NCBI GenBank assembly: GCA_016839995.1
Contig: JAEOTD010000055.1
Coordinates: forward strand, 1 to 60,350
Direction of reading: 5' to 3'
Length of the DNA stretch: 60,350 bases
DNA from: Candidatus Hermodarchaeota archaeon
GTDB taxonomy: Archaea; Asgardarchaeota; Hermodarchaeia; Hermodarchaeales; Hermodarchaeaceae
The first letter of the stretch is position 1. Every line of letters begins with the position of its first letter. Both the position numbers and the translations under genes were made by a program. Below are positions 1-9,655 of the stretch, one piece after another. Under the pieces are notes generated by a model that was given only the letters and a program-made list of their open reading frames with translations, was not told the DNA's origin and did no database searches.

Positions 1-2
1 AA

Positions 3-308
3 ACCTCATTTCGCCCCGATAAATACCACTACTTCGTTGAGGAAGCCGCAAGACGGCGATTAAGTGGATTAACACCCGATCGGATTCTGCATGAAGTGCC
101 CGAAGATATTTTCCTCCATGATCTGGGCAGAATGTATGAATTGGTGTATAGTCTCTCACAGGACCTTATTCGGGAGTATGCCATTCTCGTCGATGTCACC
201 GGTGGCGGGAAAGTCTGTGCATTGGCTTTGTATCAGCTTGCCATCGAATTTGATTTACCCTGTATTTTTGTCACCGAATTAGGTACCGTGACGTGGATGC
301 GCCGCTAA
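3..308 (+). CDS. hypothetical protein, C-terminal part (ORF open to the window edge)
   Basis: Frame 3 is open from nt 3 to TAA at 306-308. No family recognised. A DVTGGGK strand-loop motif is only a weak hint of a CARF/Rossmann-like ligand-binding fold. Confidence 0.35.
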   Translation, partial: TSFRPDKYHYFVEEAARRRLSGLTPDRILHEVPEDIFLHDLGRMYELVYSLSQDLIREYAILVDVTGGGKVCALALYQLAIEFDLPCIFVTELGTVTWMRR

Positions 309-1018
309 TCCGATGAGGGATAGGGGATAAACCCTCCTTTGTGGAGAATTGGTGTAATTTTGTAGCGGTTAGGTTGAGCACAAAAATGGATGTCCTCTTC
401 ATAGCCGGCTTGGACTAAAAGGCTGCCATGTCGGGTCACCAAGAGCTCACGGGCTAGGTCTCCAACATCAGCATACCCGGGAGGACCGTCGGGATCCCGA
501 AGGCGTATCATGATTTGATAAGAGGTAAAGTCATCTTCCGCCGCAATTCCTTGCATACTTCCTGCTGAAATCACCGAGATAGGCTGTCCCTGCTTTGATG
601 AAAGGTGGAGGGCGGTATTGGCAACGTGATCAATGTTCAAAAAGGCTCCAACGAGGATGGTGGCCGATTCTGGCGGTTTGCCCAGGGTTCGTGTGAAATT
701 ACTGGTTGTGAGGATAATTGGGCGTCCTTGGATACGATCGGTGAGGAAGCTTCGTGGTGAATTTCCATAATCAAAGCCTGCTGGAGGGTGTGCGGCTCTT
801 TCGCCGGCAAGAAATCCGTCGGGGTAATGATAGATGCGTTCTCGTGCTTCTTCTACGGTGGGAACAGGTATGATTTGTGATGCGCCGTTGCCCAGGGCGG
901 TAATGATGGTGCTACTTGCCCGCAAGACATCAACAAGGATTATCACATGGTGTTGCTTGACGGCGTCAGCAAGAGCTTGTGGTCCGGAACCATGGGCCAC
1001 CAAATCAGAATCTGACAT
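305..1018 (-). CDS. comB: 2-phosphosulfolactate phosphatase (ComB family)
   Basis: 237 aa. N-terminal VIILVDVLRASSTIITALGNGA matches the ComB family signature. Confidence 0.7.
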   Translation of the reverse strand: MSDSDLVAHGSGPQALADAVKQHHVIILVDVLRASSTIITALGNGASQIIPVPTVEEARERIYHYPDGFLAGERAAHPPAGFDYGNSPRSFLTDRIQGRPIILTTSNFTRTLGKPPESATILVGAFLNIDHVANTALHLSSKQGQPISVISAGSMQGIAAEDDFTSYQIMIRLRDPDGPPGYADVGDLARELLVTRHGSLLVQAGYEEDIHFCAQPNRYKITPILHKGGFIPYPSSD

Positions 1019-1048
1019 GATAGGGTACGCTTCCTTAATTTGTCTGGT

Positions 1049-1681
1049 TTAAGGTTTTGGAAAAACCATCCCTTGGAGTTCACGACGATAATAGAGGGTC
1101 CGATAAGCAACGGTTAGATGACTGAGAATCGCAACAACCAAGAGCCCCAGATAGAACCCAGGAGGATAAAGCACCGTGATACAACTTGCCACCACAAGAA
1201 TGAAGAGCCTTTCTGATCGAGCGGCCAACCCAACATCAGTATCAGTTACACCAGCGGCTTGGGCGCGACTCCGGGCATAGCTCACCAAGATTACGCCGAT
1301 CACTGCCGCAGTGACCCACCACCAACTCGGTCCCCACTGGGGAAAGGGATTTGGTAACCATAGAAACGGTAACAGGACAACCACATCAGCAACCCGATCC
1401 AACAAGGAATCCAGAAACCCGCCACTAAGGGAGGTTTGATTGGTCTGCCGGGCAACTTCGCCATCCACCCCATCTAATAGCCCAGCAATAAATACCAAGA
1501 TTCCGTAGATAAGGATCCACCAGTAGAGAGTGAGGAGAAGGGCAGCAAGACAAGCAACGAAAAACGCCAGAGCACTAATCATATTGGGCGAGAATCGGAG
1601 CCGAATGAACCCACGGGCAAGTCTTCGAACGAGGGATTTGAAAACCCGGCGAAGACGAAAACGTGAAGGCATCTTAGGCAC
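1049..1681 (-). CDS. CDP-alcohol phosphatidyltransferase family membrane protein
   Basis: 210 aa and multi-TM. Complete D-x2-DG-x2-AR-x8-G-x3-D-x3-D motif in LLDGVDGEVARQTNQTSLSGGFLDSLLDRVAD. Confidence 0.85.
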   Translation of the reverse strand: MPKMPSRFRLRRVFKSLVRRLARGFIRLRFSPNMISALAFFVACLAALLLTLYWWILIYGILVFIAGLLDGVDGEVARQTNQTSLSGGFLDSLLDRVADVVVLLPFLWLPNPFPQWGPSWWWVTAAVIGVILVSYARSRAQAAGVTDTDVGLAARSERLFILVVASCITVLYPPGFYLGLLVVAILSHLTVAYRTLYYRRELQGMVFPKP

Positions 1682-1687
1682 ATCCAG

Positions 1688-2701
1688 TCAGGTGGAATGA
1701 ACGACATTTCCGTTCGCATCTAAGATGGCTTTGCGTAAGTCAACGTTTGCGGGAACCTCAGTATACGGCAGGGTAATGCATTGAGCGAGCTCAGCGTTTG
1801 CCTGTATAATAGTGGATGCACCAAGGGTAGTTCCATCACGAATGACGCTGTTTTCACCCACCTGAACCTGTGAACCCAACAACACCGGTCCAATTATCCT
1901 TACATCATCTCCTAAAGTAAGGTCAGCGCCTTGCATGGGTCCTTCCAAAGATTGGCCGGCTGGGACATAAGTGCCGGGAGGTAGTGAATCGGAGGACCAC
2001 CCAATGGTTATCAGATGGTGATTCAGCTCAAGAAGCTGAGTTGGTGTATCGATATCACACCACGGAGTATCTGTGATGGGTATCCCTTGAATCATGTTTC
2101 CTGCATCAAGCCATTGACGAATCAGTGAATAGACTGTAGATTTCGAGCGCGGAGTTCCAGGGAGCGGAGGTGCCATCATTACGGCTTTGGTCCGAAACGC
2201 TGGAAGACTTGAATAGTAGTCAGCTAGGACTTCGTCCGATTGACTGATTGCCGAGATATTGCCTGATGCAGCTAGTTGAATTTGAGTGCCCGGTTGTTTC
2301 TTTTGACCATCATAAAGTATGGCCATCTCTGCATGAGTGGATATGAGATGGTTCAGATTAGATGGAGTAATGTAGAGATCCCCGGGAACCAAAATGAATG
2401 ATTCTCGTGCAGAAAGATGACGAATAGCAGCCTGAAAGGAGGCTAGAGGTCCCCTTTCCCAACCCGTGGACACAACAGGTTTCAGTAAACACGAACCACG
2501 AATTGTCTCTAGGAATTGGCGTAATTGCTCCCCGGCATAACCCGTTGTCACAATGATTTCAGTACAGCCTGCTTGAGCTAGCGCCGTGATGAGATGTTCG
2601 ATTATTGGACGATTAGCGAGGGGTAGCAAGGGTTTAGGTATAGAGTCAGTTAAAGGTTGGAACCGCATTCCACGACCACTAGCAAGGATAATTGCTTGCA
2701 A
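1688..2701 (-). CDS. sugar/alcohol-phosphate nucleotidyltransferase with C-terminal left-handed beta-helix
   Basis: 337 aa, TTG start. N-terminal AIILASGRGMRFQPLTDSIPKPLLPL (NTP_transferase G-x-G-x-R loop). Hexapeptide-like repeats near the C-terminus (VRIIGPVLLGSQVQVGENSVIRDGTTLG). Confidence 0.8.
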   Translation of the reverse strand: MQAIILASGRGMRFQPLTDSIPKPLLPLANRPIIEHLITALAQAGCTEIIVTTGYAGEQLRQFLETIRGSCLLKPVVSTGWERGPLASFQAAIRHLSARESFILVPGDLYITPSNLNHLISTHAEMAILYDGQKKQPGTQIQLAASGNISAISQSDEVLADYYSSLPAFRTKAVMMAPPLPGTPRSKSTVYSLIRQWLDAGNMIQGIPITDTPWCDIDTPTQLLELNHHLITIGWSSDSLPPGTYVPAGQSLEGPMQGADLTLGDDVRIIGPVLLGSQVQVGENSVIRDGTTLGASTIIQANAELAQCITLPYTEVPANVDLRKAILDANGNVVHST

Positions 2702-2764
2702 CGATAAGACCTCGAACAGATTTTAGGCTAGAATGTCTTCTACATTGGTGGTGGCAATTGAAAA

Positions 2765-3409
2765 ATGATGAGGCAACACAGGATTGACCCAGAAAACCCG
2801 GATGTTCACGTGATTCAAGAGGTTGCAACTCTAATCAGGGAAGGAAAAGTGGTGATAATCCCCACAGACACCGCTTATGGCTTAACCGGGAACCCTTCTG
2901 ATGCCCCAGCGGTTCAGCGGATCTTAACGATTAAAAATCGAGTGGCAAAACTGGGTATGCCCCTTCTTGCGGTGAATCGCACTCAAATCCAAGATCTTGT
3001 CACCTTACCTCCCCAAGCAGAAGCCCTAACCGCTGAATATTGGCCTGGAGCACTGACCATCATTGCACCAGCTTGTCGCGAATTTCCTACCGGCATACTG
3101 GGACCTCAGATGTCCCTTGCGGTTCGTATTCCAGCTCATCCTGTAACCCTTGCGGTGATTCGTGCAACTGGAACGGCAATCATCGGAACCAGTGCGAACA
3201 AACCACACCAGCCCAGTCCTCGAACCGCTGATGCAGCAGCGGCTCAACTGGGGGATCAGGTGGACTATATTCTCGACGCTGGACCCACACACCACACAGC
3301 CGATTCCACCATCATCAATTTCACTACAGATCCCCCTGAAATCATTCGCGAAGGCGCAATCTCCCGGTCAGTCCTTGAAAGATTGTTGAAAACTGCAAAT
3401 CGCGAGTAA
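2765..3409 (+). CDS. L-threonylcarbamoyladenylate synthase (Sua5/YrdC/TsaC family, short form)
   Basis: 214 aa. KVVIIPTDTAYGLTGNP and SANKPHQPSP motifs are typical of YrdC/Sua5. Confidence 0.85.
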   Translation: MMRQHRIDPENPDVHVIQEVATLIREGKVVIIPTDTAYGLTGNPSDAPAVQRILTIKNRVAKLGMPLLAVNRTQIQDLVTLPPQAEALTAEYWPGALTIIAPACREFPTGILGPQMSLAVRIPAHPVTLAVIRATGTAIIGTSANKPHQPSPRTADAAAAQLGDQVDYILDAGPTHHTADSTIINFTTDPPEIIREGAISRSVLERLLKTANRE

Positions 3410-3463
3410 CGATTTTCGACGGTTGCACGGTTCCTGAAGACTTAAAAAAGGACGCGTGCACCC

Positions 3464-4003
3464 ATGAGCCGTATGCTGTCAGTTAATGATAAATTCAACT
3501 TATTGTTATCCTGCCGCCGATTCCAAGAAGCAGAAAGTTGTCAAGAGCTTCGACGCATCATCGACGACGAACCGGACCTCGGATCCTTAGAATGGTGTAA
3601 ACTCACCGGAATTACTTGCCTTGTGGTAGCAAAGCTTGAAGGTGACAGCCACGAGTTTACAACGCGTATTGGCCAGCTTGTTAAAAAAATGCCATGGATA
3701 GTCCGTGATTTGCTCAAGATTCATCCCATTGACCTTGTGGTTGACAGCACACTGGATGCAATTCGTGAAGGAAGTCAAGAACTGGCTAAACGTATGACAA
3801 AAACAGCAAAGTTTCGAATTAATCTCAATCGCCGGGATACAGAATTGGACCGTGATAAGCTTCTCCATGAAATTGCGATTCAATTTCCTGGCAAAGTTGA
3901 TTTGGAAGAGTACGATTGGGTGGTTGCTGTAGAATTTTTAGGACCGGTGACCGGCCTTGCCCTATTGCGTGAGGATGAAATTGTCACCCTTCGTCGACCC
4001 TAA
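3464..4003 (+). CDS. THUMP domain-containing RNA-binding protein
   Basis: 179 aa. Layout and C-terminal FRINLNRRDTELDRDKLLHEIAIQFPGKVDLEEYDWVVAVEFLG resemble stand-alone archaeal THUMP proteins. Confidence 0.55.
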   Translation: MSRMLSVNDKFNLLLSCRRFQEAESCQELRRIIDDEPDLGSLEWCKLTGITCLVVAKLEGDSHEFTTRIGQLVKKMPWIVRDLLKIHPIDLVVDSTLDAIREGSQELAKRMTKTAKFRINLNRRDTELDRDKLLHEIAIQFPGKVDLEEYDWVVAVEFLGPVTGLALLREDEIVTLRRP

Positions 4004-4599
4004 CGAGCAATAGCCAGGAGCGCACAACGATCATAGACGAGTTTCTGTAAAGCATCCCATCGTTCTTTTTGTTGTGGCGATGGACAAATCGCTTCCAGTT
4101 CTTCATCTGGAATCTGAAAGACGGATTGAATCATCTGAGCCTTTTTTGCCGTACTTAAGAGTAAAACCGAAGGATCATCGGTTACCTCAGCAAGTTTCAA
4201 GAAATCCTGATGAGTAGATTCCAGCTCCGCGGCATTGGAATTTGTAAGAACCCCCCCAAACCGTCGAGAGGATTCAGACACGCCAAGGAGTTTTAACGCT
4301 TGCGAGATTTGGCGTTGTGCAGCAGCAAACCTTAGAATTTCCATTTGTCTGGTGGAAGCCCGGTTAGAATTTCGACTAAAGGCGGTAAGAGCATGAATTG
4401 TGGCGAAGAGCAAATGATCGGCTCCCGCTACATAGTCAGCATCAACAATAAGAAAAGCGAACTCTGGGCTTGCTGTTAACTGTTGAGTAATGCCAGTGAT
4501 GGCATCCGCGGTTAGGGATTTTGATCGAGTACATCCAAAGATTCCAACTTGATGAGGGGAAGTCCCGATGAACACTTCTTGCACAATGAGGGGAGCCAT
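4000..4599 (-). CDS. cgi121: KEOPS complex subunit Cgi121
   Basis: 199 aa. LIVDADYVAGADHLLFATIHALTAFSRNSNRASTRQMEILRFAAAQRQISQALKLLGV matches the conserved Cgi121 core. Confidence 0.65.
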   Translation of the reverse strand: MAPLIVQEVFIGTSPHQVGIFGCTRSKSLTADAITGITQQLTASPEFAFLIVDADYVAGADHLLFATIHALTAFSRNSNRASTRQMEILRFAAAQRQISQALKLLGVSESSRRFGGVLTNSNAAELESTHQDFLKLAEVTDDPSVLLLSTAKKAQMIQSVFQIPDEELEAICPSPQQKERWDALQKLVYDRCALLAIAR

Positions 4600-4637
4600 T
4601 TGATAATACCACCTAGCAGGGAAATGAATCTAAATAC

Positions 4638-5429
4638 TTAGAAGGGCAAACCCCAGAAAAACCAATCTGGTAAGAGATAGGGAAACTGAATCTGAACAAC
4701 GAACGCAACATAAAGCACAAAGGCGAGGGCTAGAATTGTGAGTAACATCATAGTGTAATCGCGTTTTCGGAGTTTAAGATCATGAAGACTCGTACGAGTA
4801 GCCGTGGATCCGAAGGCGCGAGATTCTAAACTTTCGGCGACTTGAAGGGCACGGCGAATGGAACTAACAATAATTGGGATGAGAATAGGGACATAGTTGC
4901 GAACCTTCTGAAAGACATTACCCCGTTCTAGTTCCAGACCACGGGACATCTGAGCATCACGGATGGTTTCTGTTTCAGTGGCTATTGTGGGTACATAGCG
5001 CACAGCCATGGAAAATGCAAAGGCAAACTCATAGGGGATACGCATTTTGATTAGAGCTAGAGCAAAATCATCAGGATGCACGGTTAAGAAAAAAAGAGAG
5101 AATGCCGTCATGAGGGCAACGAGTCGGAGAACTGTTGAGATAGCAAAGGAGAAGGAGATGAAAAATGAATTGATGATTAGGATAAACCCAGCCAGGTAGG
5201 CTAGTCCCTGAAGGCTTTTGAGCCATTGACGGGTTGACCGGGCTAGGAGAATGAAAGGGAGCATGGAAAGTAAAACAAGGAGAAGCGGGATGATTTGGAG
5301 AAAGAGCATTCCGATGATGGAAAAGCTCACCGCCATAAAGAACGTGGTTCGAGGATCGAGGCGATGCATGAAGGTGTCTTTTTGTTTGAACCGGAATGCT
5401 TCAAAGATTGCTGCCATACCTTTTTTCAC
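4638..5429 (-). CDS. ecfT: ECF transporter transmembrane (T) component
   Basis: 263 aa, polytopic. Conserved AR/G coupling-helix region (RDAQMSRGLE). Overlaps the upstream ATPase gene by 4 nt. Confidence 0.8.
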   Translation of the reverse strand: MKKGMAAIFEAFRFKQKDTFMHRLDPRTTFFMAVSFSIIGMLFLQIIPLLLVLLSMLPFILLARSTRQWLKSLQGLAYLAGFILIINSFFISFSFAISTVLRLVALMTAFSLFFLTVHPDDFALALIKMRIPYEFAFAFSMAVRYVPTIATETETIRDAQMSRGLELERGNVFQKVRNYVPILIPIIVSSIRRALQVAESLESRAFGSTATRTSLHDLKLRKRDYTMMLLTILALAFVLYVAFVVQIQFPYLLPDWFFWGLPF

Positions 5430-6253
5430 CTCTGCCTCCGGAGTAACTGGTTGACCGCTTCAGCGGCCGCGGCAATTGTTGTCACGTCAGTTGGAAAGTT
5501 GGGGAATTCTTTAGCAAGTTGATGAGCTAATTGCGTTAGCTGGGGTGGTAGCAGTCGGGCGCGATCTAAAATTCGGGGATTACTGAGAATGTGGGTTGGC
5601 AATCCATCGGCAATGAGTTGCCCTTGGGAGAGCACGAGGAGTCGGTCAACTGCTTTTACTGCAAATTCCACATCGTGGGTCACTAACAATAGAATATGTT
5701 CAGGGTCGCGAAATGTGTCCATGAATGTGAGAAGTTTTTCTTTTTGTAATGCATCTTGAGCCTGGGTGGGTTCATCTAAAATCAAGATTTGGGGTTCGAC
5801 GCAAAGCACAGAGGCTAGCGCTAGTCGTTTTCTTTCTCCTCCACTTAGTAAGAACGGGGATTGGTCCTGATACCGAGTGAGTTCGAATAATTCTAAATAC
5901 CGGGCAACACGATCATCGATTTCATCTTTAGAGAAATCAAGGTTACGCAAAGCGAAGGCAACTTCCGCTTGTAAGGTGTCCGCGAATAGCTGATGGTCTG
6001 CATTTTGAAAGACAAATCCAATTTTTCTCGCAAGTTGAGCAGTGGATGTTTCTCGTGTATCGATTCCATCGACATACACGGTGCCAGTGGTGGGTTTTAA
6101 CAGGCCGTTGATTTGTTTAACCAGAGTGGTTTTACCTGCACCATTTTCGCCCATGAGCCCCACAACTTGCCCCGGTTCTAGTTCTAAACTGAGATTACGG
6201 AGAACCGGGTGACCGGGTTCAAATTCGAAGCCGACGTTTTCGAATATAATCAA
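5426..6253 (-). CDS. ecfA2: ECF transporter ATPase component (second ATPase)
   Basis: 275 aa. Walker A GENGAGKTT, ABC signature LSGGERKR, Walker B ILILDEP. Confidence 0.85.
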   Translation of the reverse strand: MIIFENVGFEFEPGHPVLRNLSLELEPGQVVGLMGENGAGKTTLVKQINGLLKPTTGTVYVDGIDTRETSTAQLARKIGFVFQNADHQLFADTLQAEVAFALRNLDFSKDEIDDRVARYLELFELTRYQDQSPFLLSGGERKRLALASVLCVEPQILILDEPTQAQDALQKEKLLTFMDTFRDPEHILLLVTHDVEFAVKAVDRLLVLSQGQLIADGLPTHILSNPRILDRARLLPPQLTQLAHQLAKEFPNFPTDVTTIAAAAEAVNQLLRRQR

Positions 6254-7089
6254 CGTCGAACCTCCTTGAGTACCGTTCTCAGGGCATCTTCAACGGATAA
6301 GGGAATCGTGGAGCGGATTTGGGGATTCTCTATCTGTTGTAATAGCTGGATCATCCGGGGGACAGCTACTCCAATTTGCGAAACCCGAGGATTATTGAAC
6401 ACTTCTCCAGGTGGTCCTTTTGCAATTAGTGTTCCTTGTTCGAGGACAAGAAGTTCCTGGATATGTGGTAGCACTAGCTCTAACCGGTGCTCAATGAGTA
6501 AGACGGTTAGTTGCATTGTTTGGTTGAGCTGAGCAATGAGTTGTAAGATTTCAAAGGCCGATAAGGGGTCAAGGTTTGCTGTGGGCTCATCCAAAACAAG
6601 GATATCAGGCTGAAGGGCTAACACCGCAGCAATAGCCACACGTTGTTGTTCACCACCTGAGAGCTCATAGGGGGCTTTGTACCGGAGATCTTCAAGATGA
6701 TGTTGCTGAAGGAGCGTTTCAACTCGGTGGCGAATTTCTTCTCGAGGTACCCCAAGGTTCTCAGGTCCGAATGCTAGCTCACGCTCCACAGTAGGTGCCA
6801 CTAGCTGATTCTCTGGATTTTGAAATACAAGGCCCACTTTTTGTGCCAGTTCATGCGCTTGATGGTCTTGGGAGTTTAACCCCTGAACGATGACCGATCC
6901 GTCCAATACACCTGGATGAAAATGAGGAATCAGGCCATTCAAACAACGAGCAAGGGTGGTTTTCCCACAGCCGCTAGGTCCCACAAGCCCAAAGAAAGCA
7001 CCCTGGGGAATTGAGAGTGTGATATCGTTGAGCACTTTGGTGTCAGAACCAGAATAAGTGAAAGAAAGCTGGTCGATTTCAATGCTCAC
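6250..7089 (-). CDS. ecfA1: ECF transporter ATPase component (first ATPase)
   Basis: 279 aa. Walker A GPSGCGKTT, signature LSGGEQQR, Walker B ILVLDEP. Confidence 0.85.
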   Translation of the reverse strand: MSIEIDQLSFTYSGSDTKVLNDITLSIPQGAFFGLVGPSGCGKTTLARCLNGLIPHFHPGVLDGSVIVQGLNSQDHQAHELAQKVGLVFQNPENQLVAPTVERELAFGPENLGVPREEIRHRVETLLQQHHLEDLRYKAPYELSGGEQQRVAIAAVLALQPDILVLDEPTANLDPLSAFEILQLIAQLNQTMQLTVLLIEHRLELVLPHIQELLVLEQGTLIAKGPPGEVFNNPRVSQIGVAVPRMIQLLQQIENPQIRSTIPLSVEDALRTVLKEVRR

Positions 7090-7095
7090 ACTATG

Positions 7096-8148
7096 TCACC
7101 CATCAGCACCTTGATCAGAGGTCAGCTGGGATTGGGCACGATGAGCCTTTAGAGTTTTCCGGAGTAATTGGAGTGCAATCCCCAATGCATGATCACTGGA
7201 TGCAACACCATTAGCCCCTGCTGCGGAAGGATGGCCACCCCCTGCACCTCCAATCAGTTCACCCAAGGGTTCCATGACATCTCGTGCAAGATCAAGACCC
7301 CGTTCTCGATGTACGGCCAGTGTAGCTCGGGAACTAATTCGAACTTCGTCCTTTTTCACGGCGCAAGCAATCGCAATATCAGCGCCTAGCCCGATTAGGG
7401 CCCGGCAAGCACTCGCTTCGTAAGAGCGAATATTTGTTGCGGCAATAAGCAAATCAAATTCATCATACACAACTACACGTTGGGCAGCCTTTAGCCGAGC
7501 AACACGTTCCGATTTATCTAAAGGTGTTGATAAAAGCTTCAATACCTGATTATAGTCAGCACCATTTTGAAGCAGCGTGAGGAAATTTGCAAAGGTGCTT
7601 TGCACCGCAATATGAAAGTGTCGAGAATCATACACGAGCCCACAGGCTAGCTGGGATGCTGCATCGGCAGGCATGGCATGAGAACTTTCCTTCCAGAGAC
7701 GCAGGATTAGTTCAGCAGTTGACCGGATTTGGTCATCAAAGAGAGTATAATCAGCTAATTTGGGGAGGTCTTTATGAGGGGTATGATGGTCGACGCAGAA
7801 CACCGAAGTGTCCTTTTTCGGTAGATGCTGGACTAAGTCTCCCATCTGTTCCATGTTATTCAAATCAAGTAAAATCAAGGTGGAGTGAGAGGCAAGATGC
7901 TCAGCAGCTGTAATTTCAATATTGAAAAACGTTGCCACATTATTTGCAGACCGGTTCAGACTTTCAGCAAATATCTGGGAAGTAATGTTTGCCTCCAAAT
8001 GTAACAGTTGAGCTAATGCTGCAGCACTGCCAATGGCATCAGGATCTGCACTTTGATGAAGGATTAACGCAACAGAATCTTTTACCCTCTCTTTTAATGT
8101 GCTAAGGAACTGGGAAGGATTAAGTTGTTTCAAGGATAGTCCCGCCAT
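7096..8148 (-). CDS. DHH/DHHA1 family phosphoesterase (NrnA-like)
   Basis: 350 aa. HQSADPDAIGSAAAL, VDHHTPH (DHH motif) and GGGHPSAAG (DHHA1 motif). Confidence 0.75.
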   Translation of the reverse strand: MAGLSLKQLNPSQFLSTLKERVKDSVALILHQSADPDAIGSAAALAQLLHLEANITSQIFAESLNRSANNVATFFNIEITAAEHLASHSTLILLDLNNMEQMGDLVQHLPKKDTSVFCVDHHTPHKDLPKLADYTLFDDQIRSTAELILRLWKESSHAMPADAASQLACGLVYDSRHFHIAVQSTFANFLTLLQNGADYNQVLKLLSTPLDKSERVARLKAAQRVVVYDEFDLLIAATNIRSYEASACRALIGLGADIAIACAVKKDEVRISSRATLAVHRERGLDLARDVMEPLGELIGGAGGGHPSAAGANGVASSDHALGIALQLLRKTLKAHRAQSQLTSDQGADG

Positions 8149-8189
8149 TATCAGGGTTGAATTCTAGGGCGGAATTGCCAAAGGTGTAA

Positions 8190-8555
8190 CTAGCCAGCAG
8201 GAGGGGCTCCTGGTTGTCCAAGCATTCCTCGAAGGGTTTCTTGAAGTGTATCATACTGTTTTCGTAATTGGGTTTCCTGTTTTTCTAGGGATTTTGCTCG
8301 TAACTCTAGGGCTTCAATCTGATCTTTTAGATTCTTGTTTGCCTTGGTCTTAGTGGTTTTAAATAATAGAGGTCCGGAGGCTTGATAGATGACGCTCTTG
8401 GCTGTTAATCCCTTTATTTGCTCTTGGGCATTTTTGGTTTCAGCTAGTTGTTGCTTAACCTGTCGTAAAAGGGCAGTAACATACTGCAAGCTATCCCGAG
8501 TTTGTTGAACCCGTGCAAGCTGCTGACGAACACGTGGTGGAAGCTCTTCACCCAT
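8190..8555 (-). CDS. pfdB: prefoldin beta subunit
   Basis: 121 aa coiled-coil protein at the conserved position at the end of the exosome superoperon. Confidence 0.75.
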   Translation of the reverse strand: MGEELPPRVRQQLARVQQTRDSLQYVTALLRQVKQQLAETKNAQEQIKGLTAKSVIYQASGPLLFKTTKTKANKNLKDQIEALELRAKSLEKQETQLRKQYDTLQETLRGMLGQPGAPPAG

Positions 8556-8817
8556 TTTTCTTCACCGTAATTTGGTGTACACCATCAGCCACCACATAGA
8601 GTCGCATCAGCGTCGTAGCTGCAGCGCGAAGGGCTGTAACATCGAGGGCGGTGAGGTGAAACACAAGTGATTTTTTCTTGGACGTACTGTGAAACTTGAC
8701 TCTTTTTGAATCTATCGACGTAAACTCTGGTTTAAGGGCTGACCAGATTGCCTCTTGTTTTGGGGTAGTTTCTGGATGGATGGTAATTGTGAGGTTGTAA
8801 GAATATGCGTCTACCAT
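8548..8817 (-). CDS. pcc1: KEOPS complex subunit Pcc1
   Basis: 89 aa. LTALDVTALRAAATTLMRLYVVADGV matches the Pcc1 C-terminal helix. Conserved position between Brix and pfdB. Confidence 0.65.
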   Translation of the reverse strand: MVDAYSYNLTITIHPETTPKQEAIWSALKPEFTSIDSKRVKFHSTSKKKSLVFHLTALDVTALRAAATTLMRLYVVADGVHQITVKKNG

Positions 8818-9371
8818 CGTTTTTGCTCTCCCATGGGCCGGGTTAGGAAGTGTTTTACTTTCATTGAAGGACCGAGGAGCTGAGTTTCGTCTGGTGAGAC
8901 AAAATCCATTGCCTTATACCGTGATATGCCGACGCGGAAGACCGCTGTATTGTTTTTCAGGGTTTCAAGTGAATCACGGTCAATGTAAGGAACATTGAGG
9001 GCGTCAGCAAGGAGGGTTGCTTTCTTGGCATCATAGGGTCTATCGGGAAGCACAACCAGCTTCTTGATATTACGGGTTTGTGCATCCTGTACTTCTCGGA
9101 GAAGTTGAATCGATTTGATAATAACTGTGGGAGGGTAAAATTCCCAAGTATCTCCGGAATAGTTTAGGAAGCCAATGCGTCCTGGACTTCCGTGAAATGC
9201 CCCCACCAGAAGTAATCGAGTGGCCCCTGCGGCATGAGCGGCTTCACAGAATTCAGCAAAGCCTTGTTTTCCACGCGTAAGTCGTATTGAGCCGGGAATA
9301 ACGCGTGTTAGTTCCTTAATGAAACTGCGAACACGTTGTGTGGGCTTTCGAGTAGTACCAATAGCGATCAC
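8811..9371 (-). CDS. Brix domain ribosome biogenesis protein (Imp4-like)
   Basis: 186 aa. N-terminal [20 protein letters not shown] is typical of archaeal Brix proteins. Conserved synteny after rpl37ae. Confidence 0.75.
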   Translation of the reverse strand: MIAIGTTRKPTQRVRSFIKELTRVIPGSIRLTRGKQGFAEFCEAAHAAGATRLLLVGAFHGSPGRIGFLNYSGDTWEFYPPTVIIKSIQLLREVQDAQTRNIKKLVVLPDRPYDAKKATLLADALNVPYIDRDSLETLKNNTAVFRVGISRYKAMDFVSPDETQLLGPSMKVKHFLTRPMGEQKRW

Positions 9372-9655
9372 GTTGTTCGCCGACTGACCGACCGTTCACG
9401 AAAAGACCGGAGAATCTTTTGTGCATCCGTCGCAGGGATATAGGCACCACCTGTGAAGGTGTGGCCACATTTTCGACAACTCCAAATCCCTGTCGATATT
9501 CGGCGGACCGCCTTGGTTTGACAACTCGGACACTTGTGCTTGGCTTTCATGTTTTGCTCAATTTTTGCTACACGTTGACGAAGGGTGACGCCATATCTGG
9601 CACCAAACCTTCCTGCTGTTCCGGCTTTTTTCGTACGTCCCATTGGAGGACTCAC
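9368..9655 (-). CDS. rpl37ae: 50S ribosomal protein L37Ae (eL43)
   Basis: [17 protein letters not shown] plus zinc ribbon CPSC...CRKCG. Confidence 0.95.
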   Translation of the reverse strand: MSPPMGRTKKAGTAGRFGARYGVTLRQRVAKIEQNMKAKHKCPSCQTKAVRRISTGIWSCRKCGHTFTGGAYIPATDAQKILRSFRERSVSRRTT

